Positions 1 to 10,440 of a stretch of 37,652 bases of DNA are shown piece by piece. Numbering within the stretch: the first letter of the stretch is position 1; the number at the start of each line of letters is the position of its first letter. Below the pieces are notes generated by a model. It was not told where the DNA came from, ran no database searches, and saw only the letters and a program-made list of their open reading frames with translations. The DNA is from Malassezia furfur (taxonomy: Eukaryota): the NCBI GenBank assembly GCA_052055015.1, contig JBQJIT010000063.1; one strand, given 5' to 3'. A program made the position numbers and the translations under genes.

Positions 1-1
1 G

Positions 2-445
2 CTCCAGCGCGAGCTCGACGAGTGCCGCGGCATCGCCGAGCGCGCCACGCGCGACCTGGAGTCGGCGCGCGACCAGCTGCAGCAGATGCACCTCGACCTC
101 GAGCGCCAGCAGCGCGACGCGCGCGCCCGCGACGCATCCGCCTCGCGTGCCGAGCTCGAGGCGCTGCGTGCGCGCGCGCTCGACGCCGAGACGCGCCTGG
201 AAGAGGCCACCGCCGCGCACCAGGAACGCACGACACAACTCGAGAACGACTACCTGACCGCGGTCCAGTTTGTGCGAAATACGGAAAACATGCTCCGCCG
301 GCTCAAGGACGAGCACCTCAAATTGCGCCAGGATAATGCAGAGCTTCGCGCGGGGCTGGGCCGCGCGTCGTCGGCGACAGGCTACGCCGACGACACCTCG
401 CGAGGGTTGTCGGCCGGACGCGCATATCGCGCGGGCGACGCATAG
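2..445 (+). CDS. 3' end of a coiled-coil protein, probably the Kel1/Tea1/TeaA kelch cell-end marker (5' truncated by window)
   Basis: Open frame from the window edge to TAG 443-445. Heptad-rich. LENDYLTAVQFVRNTENMLRRLKDE resembles the C-terminal motif I recall from fungal TeaA/Kel1. Confidence 0.6.
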   Translation, partial: LQRELDECRGIAERATRDLESARDQLQQMHLDLERQQRDARARDASASRAELEALRARALDAETRLEEATAAHQERTTQLENDYLTAVQFVRNTENMLRRLKDEHLKLRQDNAELRAGLGRASSATGYADDTSRGLSAGRAYRAGDA

Positions 446-495
446 GTATATAGACACGCTCCCTTTTGTGCATGGAACGCAAGGCTAGCTACGCA

Positions 496-1603
496 CTACG
501 CGATCACGAAACGCTGCGGGTCCATGGCCTGCTTCGCGAGGCGCGCCACCAGGCCGCTCAGCTGCAGCAGCGTGCCGACGCCCTCGAGCACGCGCATGTG
601 CGTCCAGCCGATCTCGCGGATGTACTCGAGCTTGACGGGCTCCGGCAGCTCGTCCATGGTCTTCACCACACGGAACATCGTCGTGACAATGTCCAGTGCC
701 GAGTAGCCGAGCGTCCACACCTCGTCGAGCTTGTCGAGCGCCGCATCGACCTCGCCCCGGTGGCACGCCGCCAGCAGCTCGTGCAGCAGCATCGGGTGCG
801 GCTGGTCGCACACCTTGAACACGTTGTCCGCACTCACGAACCCTTGGCCCGTCCATGTCGATTGCAGGTTGTTGATCGCCTGCCGCATGTCCCCCTCGGC
901 GGTGAACACGATCGCCGCGAGGCCCTCGTCGGCGTACTCGACGTGCTCCGCCTTGCAGATCTCCACCAGCCGGCGCAGCAGCTCCTCGTCCGAGACGCGC
1001 CCAAACCGCAGGATCGCACAGCGACTCTGAATCGGTTCAATGATCTTGTTGGACTGGTTGCACGCGAAGCAGAAGCGCGTCGTGTTGGCATAAATCTCCA
1101 TCGTACGGCGTAGCGCCTGCTGCGCACCGGGTGTCATGCTGCGTCAGTGCCGCACCACCCACCTGTCCGCCTCGTCCAAAATGATGATCTTGTGCCGCCC
1201 GGGGGGCAGCGACACTTTTTTCTGCGCAAACACCTTGATCTTGTTGCGCACCACGTCGATGCCACTGCGCGTCAGCCCATGGCACGTACCGGTCGTCGGA
1301 CGCGTTCAGCTCCAGCACCGCCTCCTTGTACGCGTCGCCCAGCAGGGCGCGTGCAAGGCAGTGCACGCTCGTCGTCTTACCAATACCGGGCAGGCCCTGC
1401 GTGAGTTCAGAACACGCACCGACACAAGCAGATGCGGGCAGTTGCCGTTCTCTTCGATCACGCGCAGCCGCTCGATGGTCGGCGCATTGCCCACGACATC
1501 CTCTAGGCGCCGTGGACGGTATTTTTCCACCCTGTGGTCAGCGGCACACGCGCCGCGCTACGTACCAGGGCAGCTGGTAGCCCTTGGCCACGCTCGAAGA
1601 CAT
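496..1603 (-). CDS. RFC4: Replication factor C subunit 4 (clamp loader AAA+), 5 exons
   Basis: Spliced protein [19 protein letters not shown]...[16 protein letters not shown]...[15 protein letters not shown]...[19 protein letters not shown]...IIEPIQSRC. Introns 1532-1565 (34 nt), 1397-1419 (23), 1265-1289 (25), 1139-1162 (24). Confidence 0.96.
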
Positions 1604-1629
1604 GGTCCGACGCGTCGTGGAGGCGCGCC

Positions 1630-2331
1630 CTACCGAGTGGAGGAAGAACTACCGCGGCGGAATACATACAACCGGTTCTCCAGCGCGAGGAACACGCCGC
1701 CCAAGAGGCCCAGCATGATGCCCACGAGCACTGCGACGCCGCAGATCACATAGAACTGGTAGGCCACATACATCACAGACGACAGCGCAGCCATCGGCCA
1801 TGCGACAAACACAAGGTACAGCGCGGCACCGACGTACCGCAGCGGCGCGCACAGCTCGTACACGTACACGTACACCGTGTGTGCAACACGGCGTGAAATG
1901 TGAATAGGGTGCCGCGTAATGAAGGCAATCGTGTTCACCGTAAAGGCATAGGCCAGGAGCGCCGTATCCAGGAGCGCTTTGGGTACCGCGAGCACCAGGT
2001 AGGTAAAAACGCCGACGCCCCAGCCGACGAGCGCAAGTGCCCCTTGAATCACGGCCCACACGAGTGAGCGCTGCGTAGCTGGTGTGGGCGCAGGCGCAGA
2101 GGCTTCCCGTGGTGCGACGCGCGGCGGCACGGCCTCGGCCTCGGCGCCCGGCGCGGCGTGGGGGATGTAGGGCTGCTGAGGCCGCCACGGATGTGCGGAA
2201 TCGCGCACAAGCTGGTGCTTGTGCCATGCAAGCGCATCGTGTGCACCCGCACCGGCGGTGTGCTCGGCCGCGACGGCTTCGAGCGCGAGCAACACGGCGA
2301 GCACGAGCGTGGGGTACGTCCCCCACCGCAT
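1630..2331 (-). CDS. Hypothetical membrane protein (signal peptide plus several TM helices)
   Basis: ATG 2331 gives MRWGTYPTLVLAVLLALEAVAA, then multiple hydrophobic segments. Fills the gap between RFC4 and IZH. Confidence 0.65.
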   Translation of the reverse strand: MRWGTYPTLVLAVLLALEAVAAEHTAGAGAHDALAWHKHQLVRDSAHPWRPQQPYIPHAAPGAEAEAVPPRVAPREASAPAPTPATQRSLVWAVIQGALALVGWGVGVFTYLVLAVPKALLDTALLAYAFTVNTIAFITRHPIHISRRVAHTVYVYVYELCAPLRYVGAALYLVFVAWPMAALSSVMYVAYQFYVICGVAVLVGIMLGLLGGVFLALENRLYVFRRGSSSSTR

Positions 2332-2368
2332 CGTCGTGCCACGTGCGAATACGCACGCCCCGCCGATC

Positions 2369-3556
2369 ATGGGCAACCCGTACTTGGTGGACTTCGAAGA
2401 ACTGCCCGCGTGGGGTACGTCGTTGTGTCACTCACACAGCCAAGGACAACGCGTTCCTGCGCCACGGCTACCGGCGGCCAGGCGATGCGCCGCCGCGTGT
2501 CCCGGAAAAGGCGCCGCCTGTACCCGAGAAGGATACTGCACTAGGCGCATCGACGCTCCGACGGCGCACGCGCGCGACAGCGCCGGAGACGCACAGCGAG
2601 CCCACGTACCGCCACGACACTTATTACCAGTGCTGGCGGAGTGTATGGGACTATTGGCACAACGAGACCGGTACGTCCCTGCTCGCCCCCCTGCTGACGC
2701 AGTCAACATCCACACGCACCTGATCGGTGCCATCGTGGCCATCTTCGTGCTCCTGCTGCAGCTTGCTGACCTGGCAGGCGTGATACATCTTGGACACTTT
2801 TCGCTGTACTCCTTCCCGAGCCGACCGGACTACTTTGCGCTGCAGGACGTGCGGGGCATTACGATGCGCACGAGCCAACAAGTCCTGCCGCCCGACACGC
2901 TCGATCAGGTGGTGCTGGCCGTGTTCCTGCTGTCGGCCATCGTGTGCCTGGGGTGCAGTGCGACTTTCCACACGCTTGCATGCCACTCAGAGAAGGTCGC
3001 CAAGAGCATCAACCGCCTCGACTACGTCGGCATCGTCGTGCTGATTGTTGGGAGCAACATCCCTGCATTGCGGTACGGGCTGTATTGCCACCCCCTGGTA
3101 CACCATGTGTACCTCGTGCTCATCCTGTTCTGGGGCGCGCTTGCGCTCTACGTCGTGGTGCAGCCAGCGTACGCTACGCCGCGGCTACGGCCCGTGCGCT
3201 CGGCGGTGTTTGTCGCACTCGGGCTCAGCGGCGTGCTGCCCATCCTGCACGGGAGCTACTTGAGCAACTGGAGTGCGTTTGTATTCGAGACGCTCGGGTA
3301 CAAGTACATTGCGTGGAGTGGTGCGCTGTACATCTTCGGCACGCTCCTCTATGTGGCGCACATCCCCGAGCGGCTCGCGCCCGGGCGCTTTGACTACATC
3401 GGCGCGTCGCACCAGCTGTTCCACGCGTGTGTGCTATTTGCCGCACTGCTGCACCTTGTTGCGTTGCGGCGCAGCTACCTCTTTTGGCACGTCGTTGAGA
3501 CGACCTCGGGCGAGGCCGGGCGCCAGGCGGTGTGTCGCGCGTTGCATTTCCCATAG
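2369..3556 (+). CDS. PAQR / haemolysin-III family (IZH, adiponectin-receptor-like) membrane protein, 3 exons
   Basis: ELPAWAKDNAFLRHGYR, HNETVNIHTH, SATFHTLACHS, RLDYVGI and PERLAPGRFDYIGASHQLFH motifs. Introns 2415-2439 (25 nt) and 2671-2702 (32). Confidence 0.92.
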   Translation: MGNPYLVDFEELPAWGTSLCHSHSQGQRVPAPRLPAARRCAAACPGKGAACTREGYCTRRIDAPTAHARDSAGDAQRAHVPPRHLLPVLAECMGLLAQRDRYVPARPPADAVNIHTHLIGAIVAIFVLLLQLADLAGVIHLGHFSLYSFPSRPDYFALQDVRGITMRTSQQVLPPDTLDQVVLAVFLLSAIVCLGCSATFHTLACHSEKVAKSINRLDYVGIVVLIVGSNIPALRYGLYCHPLVHHVYLVLILFWGALALYVVVQPAYATPRLRPVRSAVFVALGLSGVLPILHGSYLSNWSAFVFETLGYKYIAWSGALYIFGTLLYVAHIPERLAPGRFDYIGASHQLFHACVLFAALLHLVALRRSYLFWHVVETTSGEAGRQAVCRALHFP

Positions 3557-3559
3557 GAC

Positions 3560-4342
3560 TTACGGCGCCAAACGTTCCACGGTCCACGAGGACGCGTCCG
3601 ACACCTTCGCGTCCGAGTGGGGGTCCCGTGCGTACCGGAACCGGTCGTGCAGGCGGCTCGCACGGCCGACCCAGAACTCCACCTCGTCGGGGATCACACG
3701 GTAGCCGCCCCAATACGGCGGGAGGGGAATGGGCTTGTTGAACGGCGCCACGGGCTCAACGACTGCTGCGGGCGGCACGTCAAACTTCTTCTCGTAGTCG
3801 GCGACACGCTGTGTGAGCGCCTCGCGTGACTCGATCACCTGGCTCTGGGGACTGGCCCAGGCACCGATGCGGCTGCCGAGCGGGCGCGTGTCGTAGTACG
3901 CCTTAGACTCGGCCTCGCTGAGACGCACGACGCGGCCACACACACGCACTGAGCGGTGCATTTTGGACCAGAAGAAGGTGAGCGAGCACCACGGGTTCGC
4001 GTCGAGCTCCTCGCCCTTGCGCGACTCGTAGTTGGAGAAGAATTGGAAGCCCGACTCATCGGCGCGCTTGAGCAGCACGATGCGCGCACTAGGCCGCGGC
4101 ACGTTGATGCTCCAAGGCTGCTTGTCGTGCGTGGACGAGCGCGAGGCGGGTGCGGGCGCCTCGGGCATCGCGACGGTCGACAGCGTCATCGCTTCGGGCT
4201 CCGGCACACCCGTCGCGACGGCCTGCTGGAACCACTTGGAAAACATGGCCATGGGCGTGGGTTCGAGCTCAGACTCTTCCATCCCATCGGTGATGTACTG
4301 CTGGTGCGACGTGATCTCCATACCCCCCGTGGAAAGCAGCAT
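3560..4342 (-). CDS. PDX3: Pyridoxamine 5'-phosphate oxidase
   Basis: EPEAMTLST, PSARIVLLK, NYESRKG, SRIGAWASPQS, WGGYRVIPDEVEFWVGRASRLHDRF. Start taken at first ATG (4342). Confidence 0.95.
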   Translation of the reverse strand: MLLSTGGMEITSHQQYITDGMEESELEPTPMAMFSKWFQQAVATGVPEPEAMTLSTVAMPEAPAPASRSSTHDKQPWSINVPRPSARIVLLKRADESGFQFFSNYESRKGEELDANPWCSLTFFWSKMHRSVRVCGRVVRLSEAESKAYYDTRPLGSRIGAWASPQSQVIESREALTQRVADYEKKFDVPPAAVVEPVAPFNKPIPLPPYWGGYRVIPDEVEFWVGRASRLHDRFRYARDPHSDAKVSDASSWTVERLAP

Positions 4343-4472
4343 GGCGGCAATTCGGGAACGTGGAGCAATGCCCCGGCATGGGGAATATGTCGCCAGCGTG
4401 CCGTGCGGCAGACGCACCCACGCACCACCAACGAGCTATACAAGGGCTTCCCATCTAGCCACACATCTACGA

Positions 4473-5203
4473 TCAACGGAACATGCGCAGATAAGCCAGG
4501 AGCAGTGCACCAGCACCGGTCGCAACACCCACGAGATACTGAAGTCAGCTTCATGCACGCCGCCACGTACCTGCAACACATTGAACTTGGCGCTCTGGAT
4601 GCTTGTGCGCACGCCGGCAATCTCGGACTCGATACGCGTGTCAATTTCCTTGATCTTGAGCGCGTGCACCGACGACTCGTCGCGAATACGGCCCTTTTCG
4701 AGGTTCAAGTCGAGCCGCACACCGGCCGTGGTGCGCGTGATCTCCTCGCGCAGGCGCTGCTTGAGTTTCTCGACGTCGGCCATCAGCCGCTCGTTCTCCG
4801 ACTTCATCAGGACAAAGTCGCTGCGCTCCAGGAGCTGGATCTCTGACTTGAGCTTGGCAAAGTCGACCTTTTGGGTGTACGTCAGCCGGTCGGCCTCGTC
4901 GCGCCGTACAAGGCCGCGCGAAAAGTTGTCAATGCTCTCGTTGATGACATCGATAAGCGCGGTGACCAGTACGTCGGCCTGCTCGCGCTTGATCCCAGCC
5001 TGCTCAAGACGCTGCACAAATGCGTTGGTATCAAAGTGCACGCCGCGCACGCCAAACGGCGCCGCGCCGAGCATGGGTACATATGCCAGCGGTGCCACAT
5101 GGGCAGCCCACGGCCGGATCGGCGGCATGCGCGCTGCGGACACGAGCGGCGCGCGTACCCGGCCCAGCGGTCGCAGCATCGAGACGCTCCGCGCCATCAT
5201 CAT
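4473..5203 (-). CDS. Mitochondrial CCDC90/MCUR1/FMP32 (DUF1640) coiled-coil protein, 2 exons
   Basis: Arg-rich presequence, HFDTNAFVQRLE, GVRLDLNLEKGRIR. Removing intron 4539-4570 (32 nt) gives the C-terminal TM YLVGVATGAGALLLAYLRMFR*. Confidence 0.88.
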
Positions 5204-5258
5204 AGCAGCACGTGATTAGAAGTGGCAGGCGCGCAGGCTATGGGTATACGCGCACGGA

Positions 5259-6440
5259 CTACGAGGCCGCGTGGCTCGCCTGGAGCCGCTCAAAGTGGCC
5301 GCGGCTTAACTCCACATTGCGTTTCACGGCGCTGAGTTCTGTGGGGTGAGTAGCGGCACGTACGGATCGCCGGATCGGTCACAATGACCAAGATATAGGT
5401 GCTCGACGTGAGTACGTCCAAGTAGGCAGCAAATGTCTGTGTGCGCAGCTCAAGCCCCTGGATTTGGTGGTGCGAATCGAGGCACGAAATCTTGAAATGC
5501 TTCACCATTTCGCTGATGCGTTCGTAGCGGTCGTCCGACTGCACGTTGGGCCGGCGCCGTGCATCGGGAAGCATCGACTCAGAGAGCCCCTGCATCAGCA
5601 TGGCGTCTGTGTCGTTGTCCTGCAGCGTCACCTCGTCGGCGCCCACAAGCGTGTGCGGCTTCGACTCGGCGGCGCCCATGCGCGTGTAGTACGACATCAC
5701 GAGGAAGGTGGCCTTTTCAAACAGCACAACCTCGGCGGCAGAACAGGTATCAGCAAACAAAGCGAGGTGCTTTTCAAGGCGCTCGACGTCGGGGACGATG
5801 GTGTGGATAATACTGGACCACGCCTGCGGGTCAGTGTGTCAACGTACGCGGTACAGCGTCGCGTCCCAGATGCTCGTCGCAAAGCACCGCAAATGAACGC
5901 GGTCCGGCACGTTGGGGGACGACGCGTGCTCGGCGAGCACCTCGCGCGTCTTGCGGCGCAGGTCCGCAACGCGGCTCTTGTAAATATCGCACCGGCGCGA
6001 CGGCTCAATGAGGTCCATCTTGTGCAGCAAGCAAAACACTTCGGCGCCCGGCGAGTTACTCTGCAGTGCCGATAAGCAATCGCCAAAGTAACGCAGGTCT
6101 GCCTCCCACTCGTGAGGATCGCCGCCATCGTCGTCGGTGTTGACCAGATCCACGACGTAGATCAGCACTCCGACGGCACTGAACACCTGGCTGCGTTGCG
6201 TGTCCATGTAGCTCTCCATGTACGACTTTTGGCCACCACAGTCCCAGAGATTGAGCACGAGGGAGCCTGGAAAGCGCACATGCGAGTGCTCGACCTCGAT
6301 CGTGCTGCCCAGCCGCTTGGTATCCTCGGAGCGGTACGACGAGAAGATGAAGGACCGCATCGAGGTCTTACCAGACCCCGACTTGCCCATGAGCAAGATC
6401 TAGGTGAGCCGGGCGCCTATCCACGTACCTTGCGTTTCAT
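5259..6440 (-). CDS. GTR1: Rag A/B GTPase Gtr1 (TORC1 signalling), 4 exons
   Basis: MKRKILLMGKSGSGKTSMRS, LNLWDCGGQ, LLHKMD, TSIWDATLYRAWS, EVVLFEKATFLV. Introns 6400-6428 (29 nt), 5824-5847 (24), 5339-5363 (25). Confidence 0.95.
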
Positions 6441-6496
6441 CGTGGTCGCTGGTGGGGAATTACGCACACGGTGCGCATGGGCCGCTTAGGACCACG

Positions 6497-9496
6497 ATGC
6501 TCCGCGACCTGTTCCTGTACTTGCTGGGCGGCGTGACGTTCCTCCCGCTGTGCGTGCTCGTGTTCCTGGCGTACGAGCAGCTGGAGGGCGAGTCCGGGGA
6601 TGCTTCAGACGATAATAAGCCGCTGTCGTCGCAGCCCCCGCTCACGCCGCAGTCGCAGCAGGCGGCCAAGACCCTGCTCACCCAGCAGCAGGCACGCGAA
6701 GCCGAACGCAAGTCGGCGAGCAGCGGGAGCCGGGACCACACGACGGTGCTGGCGTCATGGGTCATTGTAAAAAATACGTTCCGCACGTTGCCACGCAAGA
6801 GCGACGTGTGCTTTCACAGGAACGGCAACCGCCGGGCGCCGTCCAAGCGCGACGCTGTCGGGTACGACGAGTTCGACGACGAGGCGCCCGAGTCCGACGG
6901 GACACGCTCTCAGCGCAGCTACATGAGCTATGCGTACCGTGCAATGCGCGGCGGCCTCGGCGCCGACTCCCCCGTGGCCAAGGGCGACGGAGTGACACCG
7001 ATGCCCGGCGCCGACTCGGGGCAAACGCAAGACGAGCGTGGCGTGTACTATGCGATCCTCAAGCCCCCGATGCTCTACATTTACAACGACGACGACATGA
7101 CGAAGCCAGGCACCGAGTGTGTCGCGACCGTCAACCTCACGCACAAGCGCATCAGCCTTTGGGTGCGCGAGGTGGGCGACGTCGAAGGTGACCTCAAAAC
7201 GGAGGGCGAGCGGCCCGTGTGCAGCGAGAGCTCGCTCTTTACCAAGCGGAGCGCCATCCACATCGCGACACCGACGGCGCGGCGTGGCGAGCACTGGTAC
7301 ATCATGACGCCTCGCGCGTCGCAGCTCGAGGACTGGTACTTTGCGCTGCTCGACGCGTCGCGTCCGCGGCGCGCACGGTCAAGTACCACTGACAAGGTGT
7401 TTTCTGCGGATGCCATGGCGTCGCTCGTGCAGCACCTCGATGACCGCCCGGACGAGGTGCCGCTGCGCTGGCTCAACGCGCTGTTTGGCCGCATCTTTGC
7501 CGCTGTAGCGCACACCGCCGCGATGGAGACTGCCATGTTCTCGCGGCTCACGCGGCGCCTCGAGCGCCTGCGCCTTCCCCGCTTCATCACCGACGTGCGC
7601 CTTGAGAGCATCGACATGGGCAGCACCGCCCCGACGTTTGGGCGGCCCGTGCTCAAGCAGCTCACCCCGGACGGCACCGCAAGCATGGAGGTGTCGACGC
7701 ACTACCGCGGAGACATGCGGATCGTCCTTTCGGCGACGTTCAGCATCCCGCTGGGCCAGCGCTTCAAGTCGTACAACGTGTCGGTCGTGGTGGCCGTCGT
7801 GTTGCGGTCGCTCGAGGGCACACTCCTGCTGCACATTAAGCCGCCGCCGAGCAACCGCGTGTGGTACGGCTTCACTGCGATGCCCAAAATGGACGTTGGC
7901 GTCGAGCCGGTCATCTCGGCACGCAAGGTGCGCTGGTCGCTGATCACGGGCCTGCTTGAGAGCAAGGCACGCCAGAGTGTCGCGGACAACCTGGTCGTGC
8001 CGCACATGAACTCATTCGCATTCTTCAGCACACAGCACGAAGTGCGCCGCGGCGGACTGTGGAACGAAATGGCTGCACCCACCACCGAGCCAGCGGTGAA
8101 GCGCTCGGCATCGGCGCCAGCGGCGGCACACACACCCGAGCCGACGACAGAGCCGGCGTCCGCAGACACCGAGGCGCCGGTATCGCTTTCCGAGACCGCG
8201 GCGGCGGCAATGACCATGTCGCCCGAGGAAGAGACCGTGGCCGCTGCCGCACTTGCCTCGCCGTCGAGCTCCCAAGGCACCAACAACGAAACGTCGCCGG
8301 CGGTGCGGGGACTGTCCACCTTGTTGTCGAATCACAGCAGCGCGTCGCTCTCGTCCGACTCGGCGTCTGACCGGCCAGGCTCGGCGTCCGACCGGCCAGG
8401 CGGCCGTCGGCGCGACAAGTACCGCGCTTGGATCTCCAGCAAGGTCAGCAGCGCTTCGACCATCGGCTCCAACTCGCTCGTGCGGAGCAATACAGAATCG
8501 TGGTCAGCACCGCACACCCTCTCACGCCGCCTGTCGGACACCAACATGGCAGAGAGGGACAGCGCCAACCAGACCGACGACGCTGCGCCTACCGAGGCCC
8601 ACGATACCGACACGGCGTCCATCGCCCACAGCGAGGACGGCCTGCGCGCCTCCGACTCGACCCTTTCCATGGAAAGCAGCAGCACGGCCGAGAGTGCTAC
8701 CGAGCACGCCGAAACTGTGCCCACCGCGCGCGCCCCGTCCGGCGTGCCGATGCGCCCCGAGAGCAGCCGGCGCGACGAGACAGCCCGCACCCGCCCCGTG
8801 CCGCCATCCCGGAATGTCACGTACGACGAATACGGCGAGATTCCCTCGGCGGCACCCAAGAAGTCACGCATCAACACCCTCGCACGCACGCTCCAGGACA
8901 CGATGGACCGTGATGGGCGCCAGATCATGGCGCGCGACGCCAAGGATGCATTCAAGCGCAGCTGGAACAATTGGAACGCGAAACGCAACGAAAATAAGAA
9001 GAGCAACGCCGTCCGCCCACTGACGTCGATCCCCAGGCCGGAGCCCACGTCAGAGGCCAGTGCCCAAGCCAGTCTGCGCATGCCGCCGCCGCCGCCGCCG
9101 CCACGCAGAAACGACTCGACGGCCATGGCGGTTCTCGACATGCCGGCGCCGCCACCTAGCGAGACGTTTCCGGTCCGCGCACCACACGCACAAAAAGACG
9201 CCGACGAGGCCGACGCGGCGTCGACCCCGGCCACGCCCACGGGCCCGCGGACTTCGATGGAATCGCAGTCATCTACGCATGCGCTGGATGCAACACCACA
9301 CGCCTCCCAGCAGCCGACAGCGTCTGCGACGCCCGCGGCACCGGCTGAGGCGCCCGCGGACCCGGCTGTTGCGGCGTCCTCCGCGGCAGCACAGGCGCCG
9401 CCGGCCGTCTCTAGTGCTACCAAGACGCTCGAAGATGAGCCTGCTTCGTCTTCCGCGTCGGACGCCACATCGGTTCCTGCCGAGAACGGCGTGTAA
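6497..9496 (+). CDS. NVJ2: Nvj2/TEX2-like ER contact-site lipid-transfer protein (N-terminal TM, PH-like, SMP domain, disordered tail)
   Basis: YLLGGVTFLPL anchor, SLFTKRSAI, LEDWYFALL, RWLNALFGRIF, LEGTLLLHIKPPPSNRVWYGF. Confidence 0.88.
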   Translation: MLRDLFLYLLGGVTFLPLCVLVFLAYEQLEGESGDASDDNKPLSSQPPLTPQSQQAAKTLLTQQQAREAERKSASSGSRDHTTVLASWVIVKNTFRTLPRKSDVCFHRNGNRRAPSKRDAVGYDEFDDEAPESDGTRSQRSYMSYAYRAMRGGLGADSPVAKGDGVTPMPGADSGQTQDERGVYYAILKPPMLYIYNDDDMTKPGTECVATVNLTHKRISLWVREVGDVEGDLKTEGERPVCSESSLFTKRSAIHIATPTARRGEHWYIMTPRASQLEDWYFALLDASRPRRARSSTTDKVFSADAMASLVQHLDDRPDEVPLRWLNALFGRIFAAVAHTAAMETAMFSRLTRRLERLRLPRFITDVRLESIDMGSTAPTFGRPVLKQLTPDGTASMEVSTHYRGDMRIVLSATFSIPLGQRFKSYNVSVVVAVVLRSLEGTLLLHIKPPPSNRVWYGFTAMPKMDVGVEPVISARKVRWSLITGLLESKARQSVADNLVVPHMNSFAFFSTQHEVRRGGLWNEMAAPTTEPAVKRSASAPAAAHTPEPTTEPASADTEAPVSLSETAAAAMTMSPEEETVAAAALASPSSSQGTNNETSPAVRGLSTLLSNHSSASLSSDSASDRPGSASDRPGGRRRDKYRAWISSKVSSASTIGSNSLVRSNTESWSAPHTLSRRLSDTNMAERDSANQTDDAAPTEAHDTDTASIAHSEDGLRASDSTLSMESSSTAESATEHAETVPTARAPSGVPMRPESSRRDETARTRPVPPSRNVTYDEYGEIPSAAPKKSRINTLARTLQDTMDRDGRQIMARDAKDAFKRSWNNWNAKRNENKKSNAVRPLTSIPRPEPTSEASAQASLRMPPPPPPPRRNDSTAMAVLDMPAPPPSETFPVRAPHAQKDADEADAASTPATPTGPRTSMESQSSTHALDATPHASQQPTASATPAAPAEAPADPAVAASSAAAQAPPAVSSATKTLEDEPASSSASDATSVPAENGV
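8360..8401 (+). repeat. 21-nt tandem duplication (SASDRPG x2) in the NVJ2 disordered tail
   Basis: tcggcgtctgaccggccaggc / tcggcgtccgaccggccaggc, one mismatch. Confidence 0.85.
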
Positions 9497-9572
9497 CCTG
9501 TGGCATGGGCCGCGAGGCCGACGATGTATAGGTCTGTGAATGTAACGACGATGACCCACTTTCTCTGTCTGT

Positions 9573-10391
9573 CTATTTTCGCGTTTTCTTGGGATGGCCC
9601 TTCCCCCCTGTCTTGACTTTAGGCGCGGGTTTGGGCGGCGCCAGCGCTGTACGTGCCTCGTCCAGCACCGCCGCGTCGAGCTCCAGGGCAGCTTCGTCGA
9701 CCCCTGCATCCGCACGCCAGAAGGCGGGGATATTCTGGAGAAGGGTGTGCCTGATTTCTCGGCACACCTCCGCACACTTGTTCCCAAACTCTAAGCTAGG
9801 GTCGCCACGGCGCGAGGTCGGTGCGACGCGAATCCCCAGGTAGGCCCCCAGCTCGTCCTGCCAGACCGCTTCGCGGTAGCCGCGCATCTGGAGATCATAC
9901 TGGACGGCGCTCTGCACGTTCCGCGGCATGCCGTCCCACAGCGTGGCAAGCATCGCGCGGTAGGGTGCCGAAAGATGGTATAATGCATGGAGCCGCTCGT
10001 GCGCCAGCGCAACGTCGGCGTGCTGAGCGAGTGCAGAGACGAGGTAGGTCGGTTTGGTATCGAGTTCGTCCAGCGCCTTCAATACGGAAGCCTCTTCTGG
10101 CGTACAATATGCGTGCCACCATGGCTGTTCGTCACTTGGCTCGGGCTTCTCGGCGTCGTGCATCGCTTGGAGCCAACGTGGGACGACGTCTAGCGGCAGG
10201 TTGAAGGCTTCGTATCCCTTGCAGATCCGCTCGCGCGCCGCCTCCTCGCGTGTCAAGTAGACATTGGCATGCTTTTCCGACTCGTAAAAGCACTCGAGAC
10301 GACTTAATGCGGCGTGCTGCGTCGCCGCCGAGCCAAATAGCAGCGTCACGACCGGCCCGTGCACCACACACCGAAACGGCCGCGGGGCCAT
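9573..10391 (-). CDS. Hypothetical protein with HExxH (zincin-like) motif
   Basis: 272-aa intronless ORF with globular composition. ALAHERLHALY, downstream WQDELGAY, basic C-terminal tail. Confidence 0.75.
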   Translation of the reverse strand: MAPRPFRCVVHGPVVTLLFGSAATQHAALSRLECFYESEKHANVYLTREEAARERICKGYEAFNLPLDVVPRWLQAMHDAEKPEPSDEQPWWHAYCTPEEASVLKALDELDTKPTYLVSALAQHADVALAHERLHALYHLSAPYRAMLATLWDGMPRNVQSAVQYDLQMRGYREAVWQDELGAYLGIRVAPTSRRGDPSLEFGNKCAEVCREIRHTLLQNIPAFWRADAGVDEAALELDAAVLDEARTALAPPKPAPKVKTGGKGHPKKTRK

Positions 10392-10440
10392 AGTGGAGAC
10401 ATTCGGCCGGCGGTGCTGCGGGGATTCTTCTCACCTAACC

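Noticed and set aside
9082..9102. (GCC)n run
   Set aside because: Simply encodes poly-proline in the NVJ2 tail.
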